Below are positions 47,020-56,112 of a DNA stretch of 64,000 bases, one piece after another. The stretch lies in the NCBI GenBank assembly GCA_035544015.1, contig DATKIP010000076.1, forward strand, positions 256,299 to 320,298, given 5' to 3'. Each line of letters starts with the position of its first letter. The first letter of the stretch is position 1. The stretch comes from Candidatus Saccharimonadia bacterium (GTDB lineage Bacteria > Patescibacteriota > Saccharimonadia > UBA4664). Both the position numbers and the translations under genes were made by a program. Under the pieces are notes generated by a model. That model was not told the DNA's origin. It did no database searches and was given only the letters and a program-made list of their open reading frames with translations.

Positions 47020-48624
47020 TTGAAATCACGCACCGCCCTCATCTCCGTCTACGACAAAACAGGCATTGCCGACTTTGCCAAGACCCTTACCGAACTCGGG
47101 TGGCAAATTTACTCATCGGGCGGCACCGCCAAGGCGCTCACTGCCGCCGGCGTGCCCGTCACTGACGTAGCCGAGCTCGTAGGCGGAGAGGCGATTCTCG
47201 GCCACCGGGTGGTCACGCTCTCGCGCGAAATCCACGCCGGCCTACTCGCCCGCGACACGCCCGAAGACCGCGCCGAGCTCGAACGCCTCAGGGTGCCGTA
47301 CATCGACCTCGTATGTGTCGATCTCTACCCGCTCTCGGGCGAAATCGCCAAACCCGGCTCCACGCCCGAATCCGTCATCGAGCAAACCGACATCGGCGGC
47401 CCCACCATGCTGCGCTCCGCCGCCAAGGGCCGCCGCATCGTCATCGCCCGACCCCAGCAGCGCACCGAAGTACTCAAATGGCTCCAGGCCGGCGAACCCG
47501 ACGCCGCCACCTTCCGCACCCGCCTCGCCGCCGCGGCCGAAGCCGTAGTCGCCGACTATGCGCTCACTTCGGCCCGCTACACCTCCCGTGGCCTCCACGA
47601 CGGCCTCGTGGGCACCCAAGTCCTAGCCGCCAAATACGGCGAAAACGCCTGGCAAACCCCGGCCGGCCTCCATACCACGGATTCAAACGATCCGCTCGCC
47701 CTCGACCGCTTCGAGCTCGTCGCCGGCGCCGCCCCCAGCTACAACAACCTGGCCGAGCTCGACCGTCATCTCCAAACCATCACCCACATCGCCGCCGGTT
47801 TCGAGCAAAACTTCGGCCGCGTCCCGGCTATCGCCCTCGGCACCAAGCACGGCAACCCCTGCGGCGCCGCCGCGGCCGAAACGCCCGCCGACGCCATCAA
47901 AGCCATGGTCACCGGCGACACCCGCGCCATCTTCGGCGGGCTCGTCAGCACCAACTTCGAAATCGACGAAGCCCTCGCCGAGCTCCTCCTCACTCACTGC
48001 CAACCTGCCGGCCGCCGCCTCCTCGACGCCGTCATCGCGCCATCATTCACGCCCGAAGCCATCGCGCACCTCAGTCGCAAAGGCGACAAATGCCGCTTCC
48101 TCGCCAACCCCGAGCTCGCCAAAATCGGCAAAAATTCCCTCAACTCAGCCCCGCACCTCCGCCCCGTCCGCGGCGGCTTCCTGCGCCAACCCGGTTACAC
48201 ATTCATCCTCGACCTCAAGGATCCCAACCTCACCACCACCGGCACCCTCTCAGGCGACCAAGCCAAAGACCTCATCCTGGCTTGGGCCGTCGGCAGCACC
48301 TCCAACTCCAACACCATCACCCTGGTCAAATCCGGCCAACTCATTGGCAACGGCGTCGGCCAGCAAGACCGTGTGAGCTGCTGCGAGCTCGCGGTCAAAC
48401 GCGCCACCGACGGCCAGCACGACATCACCGGCGCCGTCGCTTACTCCGACAGCTTCTTCCCGTTCCCCGACGGCCCCCAGGTGCTCATCGACGCGGGCAT
48501 CTCAGCTATCTGGTCCACCACCGGCTCCGTCCGCGACCACGAAACCACCGAACTCTGCGCGAAGCACCACGTTGCCCTCTACCAACTCCCCGACACCCAG
48601 GCCCGCGGCTTCTTCGGACACTAA
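47020..48624 (+). CDS. purH: Bifunctional AICAR transformylase / IMP cyclohydrolase
   Basis: 534 aa with a TTG start. ALISVYDKTG N-terminus (MGS-like IMPCH domain) and the C-terminal AICARFT domain. Confidence 0.9.
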   Translation: MKSRTALISVYDKTGIADFAKTLTELGWQIYSSGGTAKALTAAGVPVTDVAELVGGEAILGHRVVTLSREIHAGLLARDTPEDRAELERLRVPYIDLVCVDLYPLSGEIAKPGSTPESVIEQTDIGGPTMLRSAAKGRRIVIARPQQRTEVLKWLQAGEPDAATFRTRLAAAAEAVVADYALTSARYTSRGLHDGLVGTQVLAAKYGENAWQTPAGLHTTDSNDPLALDRFELVAGAAPSYNNLAELDRHLQTITHIAAGFEQNFGRVPAIALGTKHGNPCGAAAAETPADAIKAMVTGDTRAIFGGLVSTNFEIDEALAELLLTHCQPAGRRLLDAVIAPSFTPEAIAHLSRKGDKCRFLANPELAKIGKNSLNSAPHLRPVRGGFLRQPGYTFILDLKDPNLTTTGTLSGDQAKDLILAWAVGSTSNSNTITLVKSGQLIGNGVGQQDRVSCCELAVKRATDGQHDITGAVAYSDSFFPFPDGPQVLIDAGISAIWSTTGSVRDHETTELCAKHHVALYQLPDTQARGFFGH

Positions 48625-48642
48625 CATTACCAAAAATAAAAA

Positions 48643-48696
48643 CCCCCTAAAGGGGCTCCCGGCGCCCGCCTCCGCTCGTGGCGGAAGGCGGGCGCC
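48643..48696. terminator. Bidirectional intrinsic terminator between purH (+) and the membrane-protein gene (-)
   Basis: CCCCTAAAGGGG mini-hairpin plus GC-rich hairpin GGCGCCCGCCTCCGC-tcgtg-GCGGAAGGCGGGCGCC. T-tract on the minus-strand side. Approximate coordinates. Confidence 0.6.
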
Positions 48697-48707
48697 GCAG
48701 GGTGCGT

Positions 48708-49418
48708 TCAGAACGCGATGTACAGGAACGTCACAAACAGCGTGAGCCCGAGGATGACGAGCATCCCCGTCAGCACCAGCGCGCGCTTGAGAAACTGCGC
48801 GATGGCGCTGCGGTCGTGCACGAGCTTGTAGAGCACGAGAAGCCGGTCTTTCGGATCGACCTTCTTGCCGATCCACTCGGTAGGTTCGTCGTAGTTGGTC
48901 CACAGGGCCTTGGGCGGCGGCATCGCGCATCGGGTGAGGATCGCCACTGCCAGGGTTACCCCCGTGATCGCCGTGAGCGCCAGGTGCACCGCGAGCCTTG
49001 GCGGGTGCGGGGTGAAGACGAACATGATGCCGATCAGAGCATCCAGCCCCGACACGGCGGCGAAGCCCATCTTCGCAAAGTCCCGCATCTCATCGAGCGT
49101 CTTACTGCGATCCTTGATGAGCTCGGTGAACTCATTGGCGAGCTCTGCCTCGACGCGCGCTCGGCTGCGAGCCGGCGAAACGCGGCCGCGCCGAATCCTC
49201 TGCAGTAGGTTCCAGCGTCCTTGCGGAGCCGACTCCTTCTGCCGCTTCGCGATGAGTTTGTCGAGCCGCCGCTTGATCTCCGTGTCGCTGATGATCGGGC
49301 TTTTGCCCAGCAGGACCATGCGGAAAATCTGCGGCCATCGGTTTTGGTGCCACCATGGCTTGCGCTTCTTCTGCTGGACTGGCTGCACCGGCGTCGTTGC
49401 CACGAGCGTCTTTGCCAT
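48708..49418 (-). CDS. Hypothetical membrane protein (N-terminal basic region, 3-4 C-terminal TM helices)
   Basis: 236 aa ORF, terminated by the hairpin at ~48643-48696. Confidence 0.4.
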   Translation of the reverse strand: MAKTLVATTPVQPVQQKKRKPWWHQNRWPQIFRMVLLGKSPIISDTEIKRRLDKLIAKRQKESAPQGRWNLLQRIRRGRVSPARSRARVEAELANEFTELIKDRSKTLDEMRDFAKMGFAAVSGLDALIGIMFVFTPHPPRLAVHLALTAITGVTLAVAILTRCAMPPPKALWTNYDEPTEWIGKKVDPKDRLLVLYKLVHDRSAIAQFLKRALVLTGMLVILGLTLFVTFLYIAF

Positions 49419-49559
49419 GCTCCGACCTCTATTCGTGTATGATGAACGTCCCTCGAGGCAATACTATAAACTAATTTTATAATTTGGCAATAGCCATGTC
49501 TGCTGAGAATTTATTTGCGCCCTCCTAAGCGATTTATCAGCTACCCGTGACATGCTAGG

Positions 49560-49574
49560 GTCGTTCAACGATTG
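49560..49574. promoter_or_regulatory. Perfect palindrome GTTCAACGATTGAAC immediately upstream of the SD of the secreted-protein gene
   Basis: 6-3-6 inverted repeat about 10 nt upstream of GAAGGGGAG and the ATG at 49591. Candidate operator. Approximate coordinates. Confidence 0.35.
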
Positions 49575-49590
49575 AACAGAAGGGGAGTAT

Positions 49591-50121
49591 ATGAACATTC
49601 CATCCAAGAAAATCATCATTCCAATGGCTGCGGTCGCTATCTTTAGCGCCGGAGCTTACGGAGTAACCCAAGTCTCGGCCGCCAGCGACTCAGCCAATCC
49701 GCAGACCTCGCTCGTCCAGAAAATCGCCGACACGTTCCATCTCGATAAAACCAAAGTCCAGGCCGTGTTTGATCAAAACCGCCAGGACAACCAGGCCAAT
49801 CACGAAACCAATTACGAGGCGCGCCTCACGCAGGCCGTCACCGACGGTAAGCTCACGAGTGCTCAAAAAGACCTCGTGCTGGCCGAGCACAAAAAGCTTC
49901 AGGGCGAAATGGACGCCGCTATGAGCGACGACACTTCAACCTCCAAGACTGACCGCCGCACCGCCATGCAAAAAATCCGCAGCGAAACCCGAGACTGGGC
50001 CAAAGCCAACCACATTGACGCCAAATGGCTCATCGGCCCTGGCCGTATACGCGGTGGTCACAGGGGTCCCGGCGGCGGCATGCCCGGCGGCGCCGACAGC
50101 CCTGCCGACACCCAAAGCTAG
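49591..50121 (+). CDS. Secreted protein with LTxxQ-like motifs (possible CpxP/Spy-like periplasmic protein) and a Gly-rich tail
   Basis: 176 aa. Signal peptide MNIPSKKIIIPMAAVAIFSAGAYG, motifs KLTSAQKDL and KTKVQAVF, C-terminal GGHRGPGGGMPGG. Confidence 0.45.
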   Translation: MNIPSKKIIIPMAAVAIFSAGAYGVTQVSAASDSANPQTSLVQKIADTFHLDKTKVQAVFDQNRQDNQANHETNYEARLTQAVTDGKLTSAQKDLVLAEHKKLQGEMDAAMSDDTSTSKTDRRTAMQKIRSETRDWAKANHIDAKWLIGPGRIRGGHRGPGGGMPGGADSPADTQS

Positions 50122-50972
50122 CGCTCCAGGCTCCGCCAGGCCTCCGGCAGATACGCGATCACATCCGAGGCCACCATTCCGGCCTCGGTTTTCGCTGTTC
50201 GCGCGCTGTCGCCGGCTAGCCCGTGCAGGTACACGCCGGCCTCGGCAGCCTGCGCCGCGTCCACGCCCTGCGCCAGCAACCCGGCAATGATGCCGGTCAA
50301 TACGTCGCCCGTGCCCGCCGTCGCTAGCCCCGGGTTGCCCGTGGTATTTTCGCGCACCGTACCATCGGGCCGGGCGATGAGGCTATGGTGGCCTTTGAGC
50401 ACCACGATGAGTCCGGAGCGCTGCGCAAAGTCCGCCACCGCTCGCTTAATTTCATTCCGAGCAGCGGGCAATGTGCTGTCGGTCAACTTTTCGTACTCAC
50501 CCGTGTGCGGTGTCGCGATGATGCCGGGGCTCGCTCGCGCTAGTTCACCCAGCGCCGAAATATGGCCTCGGTAGGCCAAAAGGCCGCCGGCATCGAGCAC
50601 CACCGGCACGCGCACCACCGGCACCAGCGCGCGGCACAGCGGCGCCGCCTCAGCGCGCAGGCCTGGGCCCACCACCACGGCCGTCACGCGCCGCGCGGCC
50701 GCAAACTCGGCCGCCGTCCGCGCCGTCTCAGCCGGGTCCGCCGGCAGCGTCAGCGTCATGATCTCGCGCACCCGGCGCTCCAGCCTGTCGGTTACATGAG
50801 CCGCCGCCGCAATCGTCACCAGCCCCGCGCCCGCCCGCAGCGCGGCCTCGCCGGCGAGCAGCGGCGCACCCACCATCCCCGGGGACCCGCCTACCACCAG
50901 TACATGGCCAAAATCGTATTTGTTGACCCCGGTGGGCCGGTGTAGGAGCCGTCGCACAAGTTCATCATTCAT
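50118..50972 (-). CDS. ADP-dependent (S)-NAD(P)H-hydrate dehydratase (YjeF C-terminal / Nnr2 domain)
   Basis: ORF trimmed to MNDELVRRLL. Blocks HVLVVGGSPGMVGAPLLAG, TPHTGEYEKL, GNPGLATAGTGDVLTG. Confidence 0.7.
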   Translation of the reverse strand: MNDELVRRLLHRPTGVNKYDFGHVLVVGGSPGMVGAPLLAGEAALRAGAGLVTIAAAAHVTDRLERRVREIMTLTLPADPAETARTAAEFAAARRVTAVVVGPGLRAEAAPLCRALVPVVRVPVVLDAGGLLAYRGHISALGELARASPGIIATPHTGEYEKLTDSTLPAARNEIKRAVADFAQRSGLIVVLKGHHSLIARPDGTVRENTTGNPGLATAGTGDVLTGIIAGLLAQGVDAAQAAEAGVYLHGLAGDSARTAKTEAGMVASDVIAYLPEAWRSLER

Positions 50973-51075
50973 ACTTCCATCATAAACCCATACCCAGCAC
51001 GACCCCCAAAAAAAAGCAGCGGTGGCCCTCCCGGCGACATAGCACGGGGAGGGCCACCACATCGGTGACCAGGAC

Positions 51076-51681
51076 TCAGGTATCGAGAAAAGCGTCGAAC
51101 GCCTCCCGCCTGACGGACAGATCCGGAACCTGTGGATCCGGCTCCGTTTTCCAGGTAGTGCCCGACCAACTCCAGGCTAAGAGATTACCCGGTAAGGTGA
51201 GCTTCACCGCGCCACTTGGCATCTTCAGCAGAAGCCGCCGGTTGCCGGAGAAGACGACCATCCAGTCGTTGCCGGGACCATCCCGCTGGGCGAAGGAACT
51301 TGGCACGTCCGCCGGATTTGCCTTGCCGGAATGCACCGGCACTACCGCGTACACGCCTTTCTGGCCCTTCAGGCTGGCGAAGCAGTAGTCGGTCTGACCG
51401 CGGCAGCTCTGCGGCAGGTTGGTCGGCTTCAGCGCCTTCAGCTGCTGTCCGCAGACTTTGGCGGCGAAATTCGCCACCGTCTCCCCGCGTGGGGCGGTGG
51501 TGGTGGGTTGGCCACACTCGACGGGCGCACTGGACCCCTTGCCGCTACCGATCTGGGGAAGGTTCTGGAAAAGCAGCCACGCGACCAAGGCCACAACTGC
51601 TGCCGGCGCCCCCAACCCCACTATGAGGCCCCTGAGCGAGCTGCCGAGCCCGTTACCGATAGAGCCATCTGGATTGGTCAT
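51076..51681 (-). CDS. Membrane-anchored Cys-containing extracytoplasmic protein, paralog A (unknown function)
   Basis: Real 3-prime part of the 565-aa ORF that is otherwise antisense to purA. Start at MTNPDGS with GGAAGAA SD. TM anchor LIVGLGAPAAVVALVAWLLF. Paralogous to 53602..54270 (YAVVPV/FAVVPA, WSWSGTTW/WRWSGTAW, REAFDAFL/RNDFDVFF). Confidence 0.5.
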   Translation of the reverse strand: MTNPDGSIGNGLGSSLRGLIVGLGAPAAVVALVAWLLFQNLPQIGSGKGSSAPVECGQPTTTAPRGETVANFAAKVCGQQLKALKPTNLPQSCRGQTDYCFASLKGQKGVYAVVPVHSGKANPADVPSSFAQRDGPGNDWMVVFSGNRRLLLKMPSGAVKLTLPGNLLAWSWSGTTWKTEPDPQVPDLSVRREAFDAFLDT

Positions 51682-51807
51682 AGTTCTTCCAGCCTCTCTG
51701 GATAGACGCATAGGACAAAGCTTATTATCCAAATATATAAACCATTTGTCAATCATCGCCCGCCCGCCGGCCCGGCGCAGTCGCCATATCTGGCCCGCCC
51801 CTGTACA

Positions 51808-53097
51808 ATGAAAATAATGAAACATTCCGAAGTCATAGCGGTTATCGGTGGTCAGTGGGGTGATGAGGGCAAGGGCAAGATCGTCGATTATCTTGCCACT
51901 ACCGCCGACGTCGTCATTCGCTCTCAAGGCGGCGATAATGCCGGCCACACCGTTATCAACGACCATGGCAAATTTGGTCTCCACCTCGTACCGGCCGGCA
52001 TTTTTAACCCCCGCACCCTCAACATCATCGGCGCCGGCGTAGCGCTCAATCCCAAAACGCTCATGAAAGAAATTGCCGAGCTCACGCAGCGCGGCGTGTC
52101 GTTCGACAATCTCGTCATTAGTCCCAAATCCCACTTGGCCTTCGAGTACCACCGGTTCATCGACTCGCACCAAGAAGCCGCCCGCGGCGCCAAGCGCATC
52201 GACACCACCAAGCGCGGCATCGGCCCCACCTACATGGACAAGGCCGAACGCATCGGCTTGCACGCTCGCATGCTGCTCTACCCCGACCGCCTGCTGGCCG
52301 AACTCGACGATATTTTGGCTTCCAAAAGGGCCAAACTCGGCGTCGACAACGAGGTGCTCCACGCCGACTACTACGCCGAATTTGTACACGAGGCCGCGGC
52401 CACGCTCAGGCCGTTTATTCGCGACACCGAGGTCCTCGTAGAGGAGCACCTGCACAAGGGCAGCCGTTTTGTGCTCGAAGGCGCCCATGGCACACTGCTC
52501 GACCTCGACCACGGCACCTACCCGATGGTCACCGCTTCCAACTCCACCGCCGGCGGGTTGCTCGTGGGCGCCGGCATGCCACCGCTCGCACTCACCAAGG
52601 TTATTGGCATCTTCAAGGCCTACCAAACCCGCGTGGGCGCCGGCGGCATGCCCACCGAGCTGCACGACGACCTCGCCACCACCATTCGCGAGCGCGGCCA
52701 AGAATTCGGCACCACCACCGGCCGCCCCCGCCGCATCGGCTACTTCGACGGCGTAGCCGCCCGCTACGCCCACCGCCTCAACGGCTTCACCGACATCGCG
52801 CTCACCAAAGTCGATACGTTGGCGGATCTCGGCGAGCTCAAAATCGCCACCGGCTACGAAGATGCCGCCGGCGCTGCCAGCCAGTTCCAGACCGAGGCCG
52901 ATCTATTGGCCAATTGCCATGCCCGCTACCAAACCTTTCCCGGCTGGACCACCGCCGATCTCGCAGGGGTCACTTCCTATGATGCCCTCCCCGAAAGCCT
53001 CAAAGCCTACTGCGCGGCCATCACCGCCACAATGCCCGGTGCCCGGTTGAGCTTTGTGGGGGTTGGCCGGTCTCGCGAACAGCTCATTCGGCTCTAA
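51808..53097 (+). CDS. purA: Adenylosuccinate synthetase
   Basis: 429 aa. GGQWGDEGKGKIVD P-loop, GIGPTY, and TTGRPRR blocks. Start may instead be the ATG at 51817, immediately after a TACAAT -10-like hexamer (leaderless). Confidence 0.9.
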   Translation: MKIMKHSEVIAVIGGQWGDEGKGKIVDYLATTADVVIRSQGGDNAGHTVINDHGKFGLHLVPAGIFNPRTLNIIGAGVALNPKTLMKEIAELTQRGVSFDNLVISPKSHLAFEYHRFIDSHQEAARGAKRIDTTKRGIGPTYMDKAERIGLHARMLLYPDRLLAELDDILASKRAKLGVDNEVLHADYYAEFVHEAAATLRPFIRDTEVLVEEHLHKGSRFVLEGAHGTLLDLDHGTYPMVTASNSTAGGLLVGAGMPPLALTKVIGIFKAYQTRVGAGGMPTELHDDLATTIRERGQEFGTTTGRPRRIGYFDGVAARYAHRLNGFTDIALTKVDTLADLGELKIATGYEDAAGAASQFQTEADLLANCHARYQTFPGWTTADLAGVTSYDALPESLKAYCAAITATMPGARLSFVGVGRSREQLIRL

Positions 53098-53117
53098 AAT
53101 ATGTCATAATACCGGTT

Positions 53118-53540
53118 ATGAAATCTACCTTCCAACATTGGTTCAGACGCAATCGGCTGTCGGTCATTCTACCCGCGGTCGGGCTCGTAATAGCTGCTGT
53201 GTTGATCGCCGTCACGTACCGTCCCCCCGAACCCCGGGTAATCACCGGCCGTCCGCCGGCTTCAACCCCCGCCGGCCAGCAGACCATAACCGTGGTCGGC
53301 CAGTCGCTCTGCCTGCCGCACACCAACACCACCGGTCCCCAGACCGACGAATGCGCCTACGGGCTCAAAGACGACACGGGCGTATACTACGCGCTGCACG
53401 ACACCACTACTGGCAGTTCGCTCATCAGCAAAGCCGGTTTTGGCAAGCGCGTCCGCGTCACCGGCACCTACAAAGCTCAGACCAGCGCCACCTATCCCAT
53501 TATCGGTATCATCACCCTGACCGCCGTCGAACCCGAGTGA
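53118..53540 (+). CDS. Small membrane-anchored extracytoplasmic protein (hypothetical)
   Basis: 140 aa, N-terminal TM (LSVILPAVGLVIAAVLIAV), two Cys. CATAAT hexamer about 7 nt before the ATG (possible leaderless transcript). Confidence 0.4.
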   Translation: MKSTFQHWFRRNRLSVILPAVGLVIAAVLIAVTYRPPEPRVITGRPPASTPAGQQTITVVGQSLCLPHTNTTGPQTDECAYGLKDDTGVYYALHDTTTGSSLISKAGFGKRVRVTGTYKAQTSATYPIIGIITLTAVEPE

Positions 53541-53560
53541 CTTACTCAGCGCAAGGTCCT

Positions 53561-53589
53561 GGCGGCCCTCCCGTGACAGGAGGGCCGCC
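53561..53589. terminator. Bidirectional hairpin terminator GGCGGCCCTCC-cgtgaca-GGAGGGCCGCC
   Basis: Perfect 11-bp GC-rich stem between convergent genes 53118..53540 (+) and 53602..54270 (-). Approximate coordinates. Confidence 0.55.
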
Positions 53590-53601
53590 CCACAAGCAGC
53601 C

Positions 53602-54270
53602 TCAGGTGATCTGGCGGAAGAACACGTCGAAGTCATTCCGCACAGTAGTGACCCCCTGAAGCTTCGGGGGTGAGCTCGGGACCCACGCCGTGCCGCTCCA
53701 TCGCCAGACCCGGATCGTTCCCGGGGTAAGTGGCGCCCTTCCGGATGGTGCCCTCACGAGGTAACTTGTCGTCCCGAGGGCTACGATCCAGTCGACGGTA
53801 CCGATGCGTTGCACAAAATACTGCGGCACGACCGTCAGATCGACTCTCGTAGCGTTCGCTGGTACTACCGCGAAGACCGCCTTGAATCCCGTCATGTCCG
53901 GGAAGCAGTAGGTCGTCGCGGGGGCAAGCGTGCCGTCCCCCAGGGTCACGCAGCTGTTTCGCAGCTTGCGCCCCGGATTCGTCCGCGGCGTTACCGCTAG
54001 CTTCGCCCGGGGCGTGCCGCAGTAGCGCGTAGCCACATCACCCACGAGAGCTGGTGCATGCACCGTGGCCTTGCCACAGGTGATAGCCGAGTTTTGGTCG
54101 CTGCCTCCTCGGTTCAGTGCCGCGTAAGTGCTGGCGAGCAGTAGCACAACGACCAGTACGACTCTGGAGCGCCTTCCACGGCTGGCCCTCCTTGCAGCCC
54201 TTGGCCGGGTCCAGTCGAAATCTGGGTCGTCTCCAAAGTGGAAGCGAACGCGACCACCATCGTCACCCAT
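53602..54270 (-). CDS. Membrane-anchored Cys-containing extracytoplasmic protein, paralog B (unknown function)
   Basis: ORF trimmed to the second Met (AAGGAG SD). Arg-rich N-terminus, TM anchor, C-terminal domain paralogous to 51076..51681. Confidence 0.5.
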   Translation of the reverse strand: MGDDGGRVRFHFGDDPDFDWTRPRAARRASRGRRSRVVLVVVLLLASTYAALNRGGSDQNSAITCGKATVHAPALVGDVATRYCGTPRAKLAVTPRTNPGRKLRNSCVTLGDGTLAPATTYCFPDMTGFKAVFAVVPANATRVDLTVVPQYFVQRIGTVDWIVALGTTSYLVRAPSGRAPLTPGTIRVWRWSGTAWVPSSPPKLQGVTTVRNDFDVFFRQIT

Positions 54271-54369
54271 GCCATCTCCTTGCGCGTGCGCGGATTGGAC
54301 ATCCAACATCGTACTACAGCCATCCGCCTGCCTCTAGCCAGACAGTTCGCCACGGATTATGCTTATGGT

Positions 54370-56028
54370 ATGAATATCAAAGACGACCTTTCGCGTCTCA
54401 TCAGCGGCGAACTCGAAGACGCGCCCGCCACGCTCGAAACCTATTCCCACGACGCCAGCCTCTTTGAGGTCAAGCCGCAGCTCGTGGTCTACCCCAAAGA
54501 CTCAGCCGACGTCAGAGCCCTCGTTAAATACGCCAAAGAGCACAAAACTAAACTCGCCAACCTCTCGCTCACCGCCCGCAGCGCCGGCACCGACATGTCC
54601 GGCGGCGCGGTCAACGACTCCATCATCGCCGACTTCAACCGCCACTTTACGGCTATCACCGAAATTACGCCCACCGAAGGCCACGCCCAGCCCGGCGTGT
54701 TTTACCGCGACTTCGAAAAAGCCACCTTCGAGCACGGCGCGCTCATGCCCAGCTATCCGGCCAGCCGCGATCTCTGCACCATCGGCGGCATGGTCAACAA
54801 CAACTCCGGCGGCGAAAAATCCCTCGAATTCGGCAAAACCGAGAATTTCGTCAAGCAGCTCAAGGTCGTGCTGGCCGACGGCAACGAATACACCATCGGC
54901 CCGCTCACTCGGGCCCAGCTCGACGTCAAAATGCAGCTAAGCACCTTCGAAGGCGAGATCTATCGCAAAACCTTCGCGCTGGTCGACAAGCATTACGACG
55001 CCATCAAAGCCGCCAAGCCGCACGTCACCAAGAACTCCACCGGCTACAATCTCTGGGACGTCTGGGACCGCGACACCGGCATCTTCGACCTCACCAAACT
55101 CATCGTCGGCGCTCAGGGCACGCTCGGTTTCACCACCGATATCAAATTCCGGCTCGTGCCGCACCGCCCCCACTCCGGGGTGCTCGTGGTCTTCTTGCGT
55201 GACATCGACCGCCTCGGCGAGCTCATCAATGTGGTAATGAAACACCACCCCGCCACCTTCGAATCGTTCGACGACGTCACGCTCATGCTCTCGATCAAAT
55301 TCATGCCGTATTTTCTCCAAATGCTCGGTCTAAAAAAGTTTATTCATCTCATTATTGGCCTCATTCCCGAGGGCTTTTTGCTGCTGCGCGGCATTCCCAA
55401 GCTCATCTTAATGATCGAATTCAACGGCGAAACGGCCGATGAGGTACGCGAAAAAGTGAAGGCCCTCGACAAAGAGCTCTTTACCAAGCGTGCCGTGTAC
55501 GAAATCGAAGGAACCGAAGAAGACCCTACCGAGTCCCAAGCCGAAAAATTCTGGGTAATGCGCCGCCAAAGCTTCCAGATCTTGCGCAAAAAAGTCAAAG
55601 ACAAGCACACAGCGCCGTTCATCGATGACCTTGTGGTAAACCCCGAATACCTACCGGAATTTCTGCCCCAAATGCGCAAAATCATCAAAAAATACCATCT
55701 CTTTGCCACCATCGCCGGCCACATGGGCGACGGCAACTTCCACATCATCCCCCTCATGAAAATCGAAGACCCCAAGGAGCTCGCCAAACTCCGCCCCGCC
55801 ATGACCGAAACCAACGAACTCGTTCTCAAATACCACGGCGTGCTCTCGGGCGAACACAACGACGGCATGATCCGCGGCCCCTGGCTCCAGCGCAGCTACG
55901 GCGATGAAGTGTATGGCTACTTCAAAGAGGTCAAGAATATTTTCGACCCTCAAGGCATCTTCAACCCGCACAAAAAAGCCGACGCCGATTGGGAGTGGAC
56001 CATGAGCCACATTCGACAGAGCTTTTAA
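54370..56028 (+). CDS. FAD-linked oxidase (FAD_binding_4 + FAD-oxidase_C; GlcD / D-lactate dehydrogenase family)
   Basis: ORF trimmed to MNIKDDL. FAD-binding PCMH domain blocks (RSAGTDMSGGAV) and C-terminal domain with GEHNDGMIRG. Confidence 0.8.
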   Translation: MNIKDDLSRLISGELEDAPATLETYSHDASLFEVKPQLVVYPKDSADVRALVKYAKEHKTKLANLSLTARSAGTDMSGGAVNDSIIADFNRHFTAITEITPTEGHAQPGVFYRDFEKATFEHGALMPSYPASRDLCTIGGMVNNNSGGEKSLEFGKTENFVKQLKVVLADGNEYTIGPLTRAQLDVKMQLSTFEGEIYRKTFALVDKHYDAIKAAKPHVTKNSTGYNLWDVWDRDTGIFDLTKLIVGAQGTLGFTTDIKFRLVPHRPHSGVLVVFLRDIDRLGELINVVMKHHPATFESFDDVTLMLSIKFMPYFLQMLGLKKFIHLIIGLIPEGFLLLRGIPKLILMIEFNGETADEVREKVKALDKELFTKRAVYEIEGTEEDPTESQAEKFWVMRRQSFQILRKKVKDKHTAPFIDDLVVNPEYLPEFLPQMRKIIKKYHLFATIAGHMGDGNFHIIPLMKIEDPKELAKLRPAMTETNELVLKYHGVLSGEHNDGMIRGPWLQRSYGDEVYGYFKEVKNIFDPQGIFNPHKKADADWEWTMSHIRQSF

Positions 56029-56052
56029 CTATCCGGCCCCACTACTTCCTCC

Positions 56053-56095
56053 AAATTACCTCCCAAAAAGGTACTACCCAAAAGGGAGGTAATTT
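56053..56095. terminator. Bidirectional hairpin AAATTACCTCCC-N19-GGGAGGTAATTT between convergent genes
   Basis: Perfect 12-bp inverted repeat between the FAD oxidase (+) and helicase (-) stops. Approximate coordinates. Confidence 0.5.
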
Positions 56096-56112
56096 CGCGA
56101 TAGCTCCATATG

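Noticed and set aside
47313-48650. 445-aa Arg/Pro-rich ORF (and many similar R/P/A-rich ORFs such as 34033..35133, 37217..38596, 58242..58808, 11903..11580-type frames)
   Set aside because: Alternative-frame or antisense ORFs inside strongly supported genes (purH, the S8 protease, purL and others). Extreme Arg/Pro/Ala bias is the expected artefact of off-frame translation of GC-rich coding DNA.
51682-52773. Upstream part of the 565-aa minus-strand ORF overlapping purA
   Set aside because: Antisense to purA with a Gly/Ala-rich composition. Only the 3-prime 201 codons, which have their own SD and ATG, were called.
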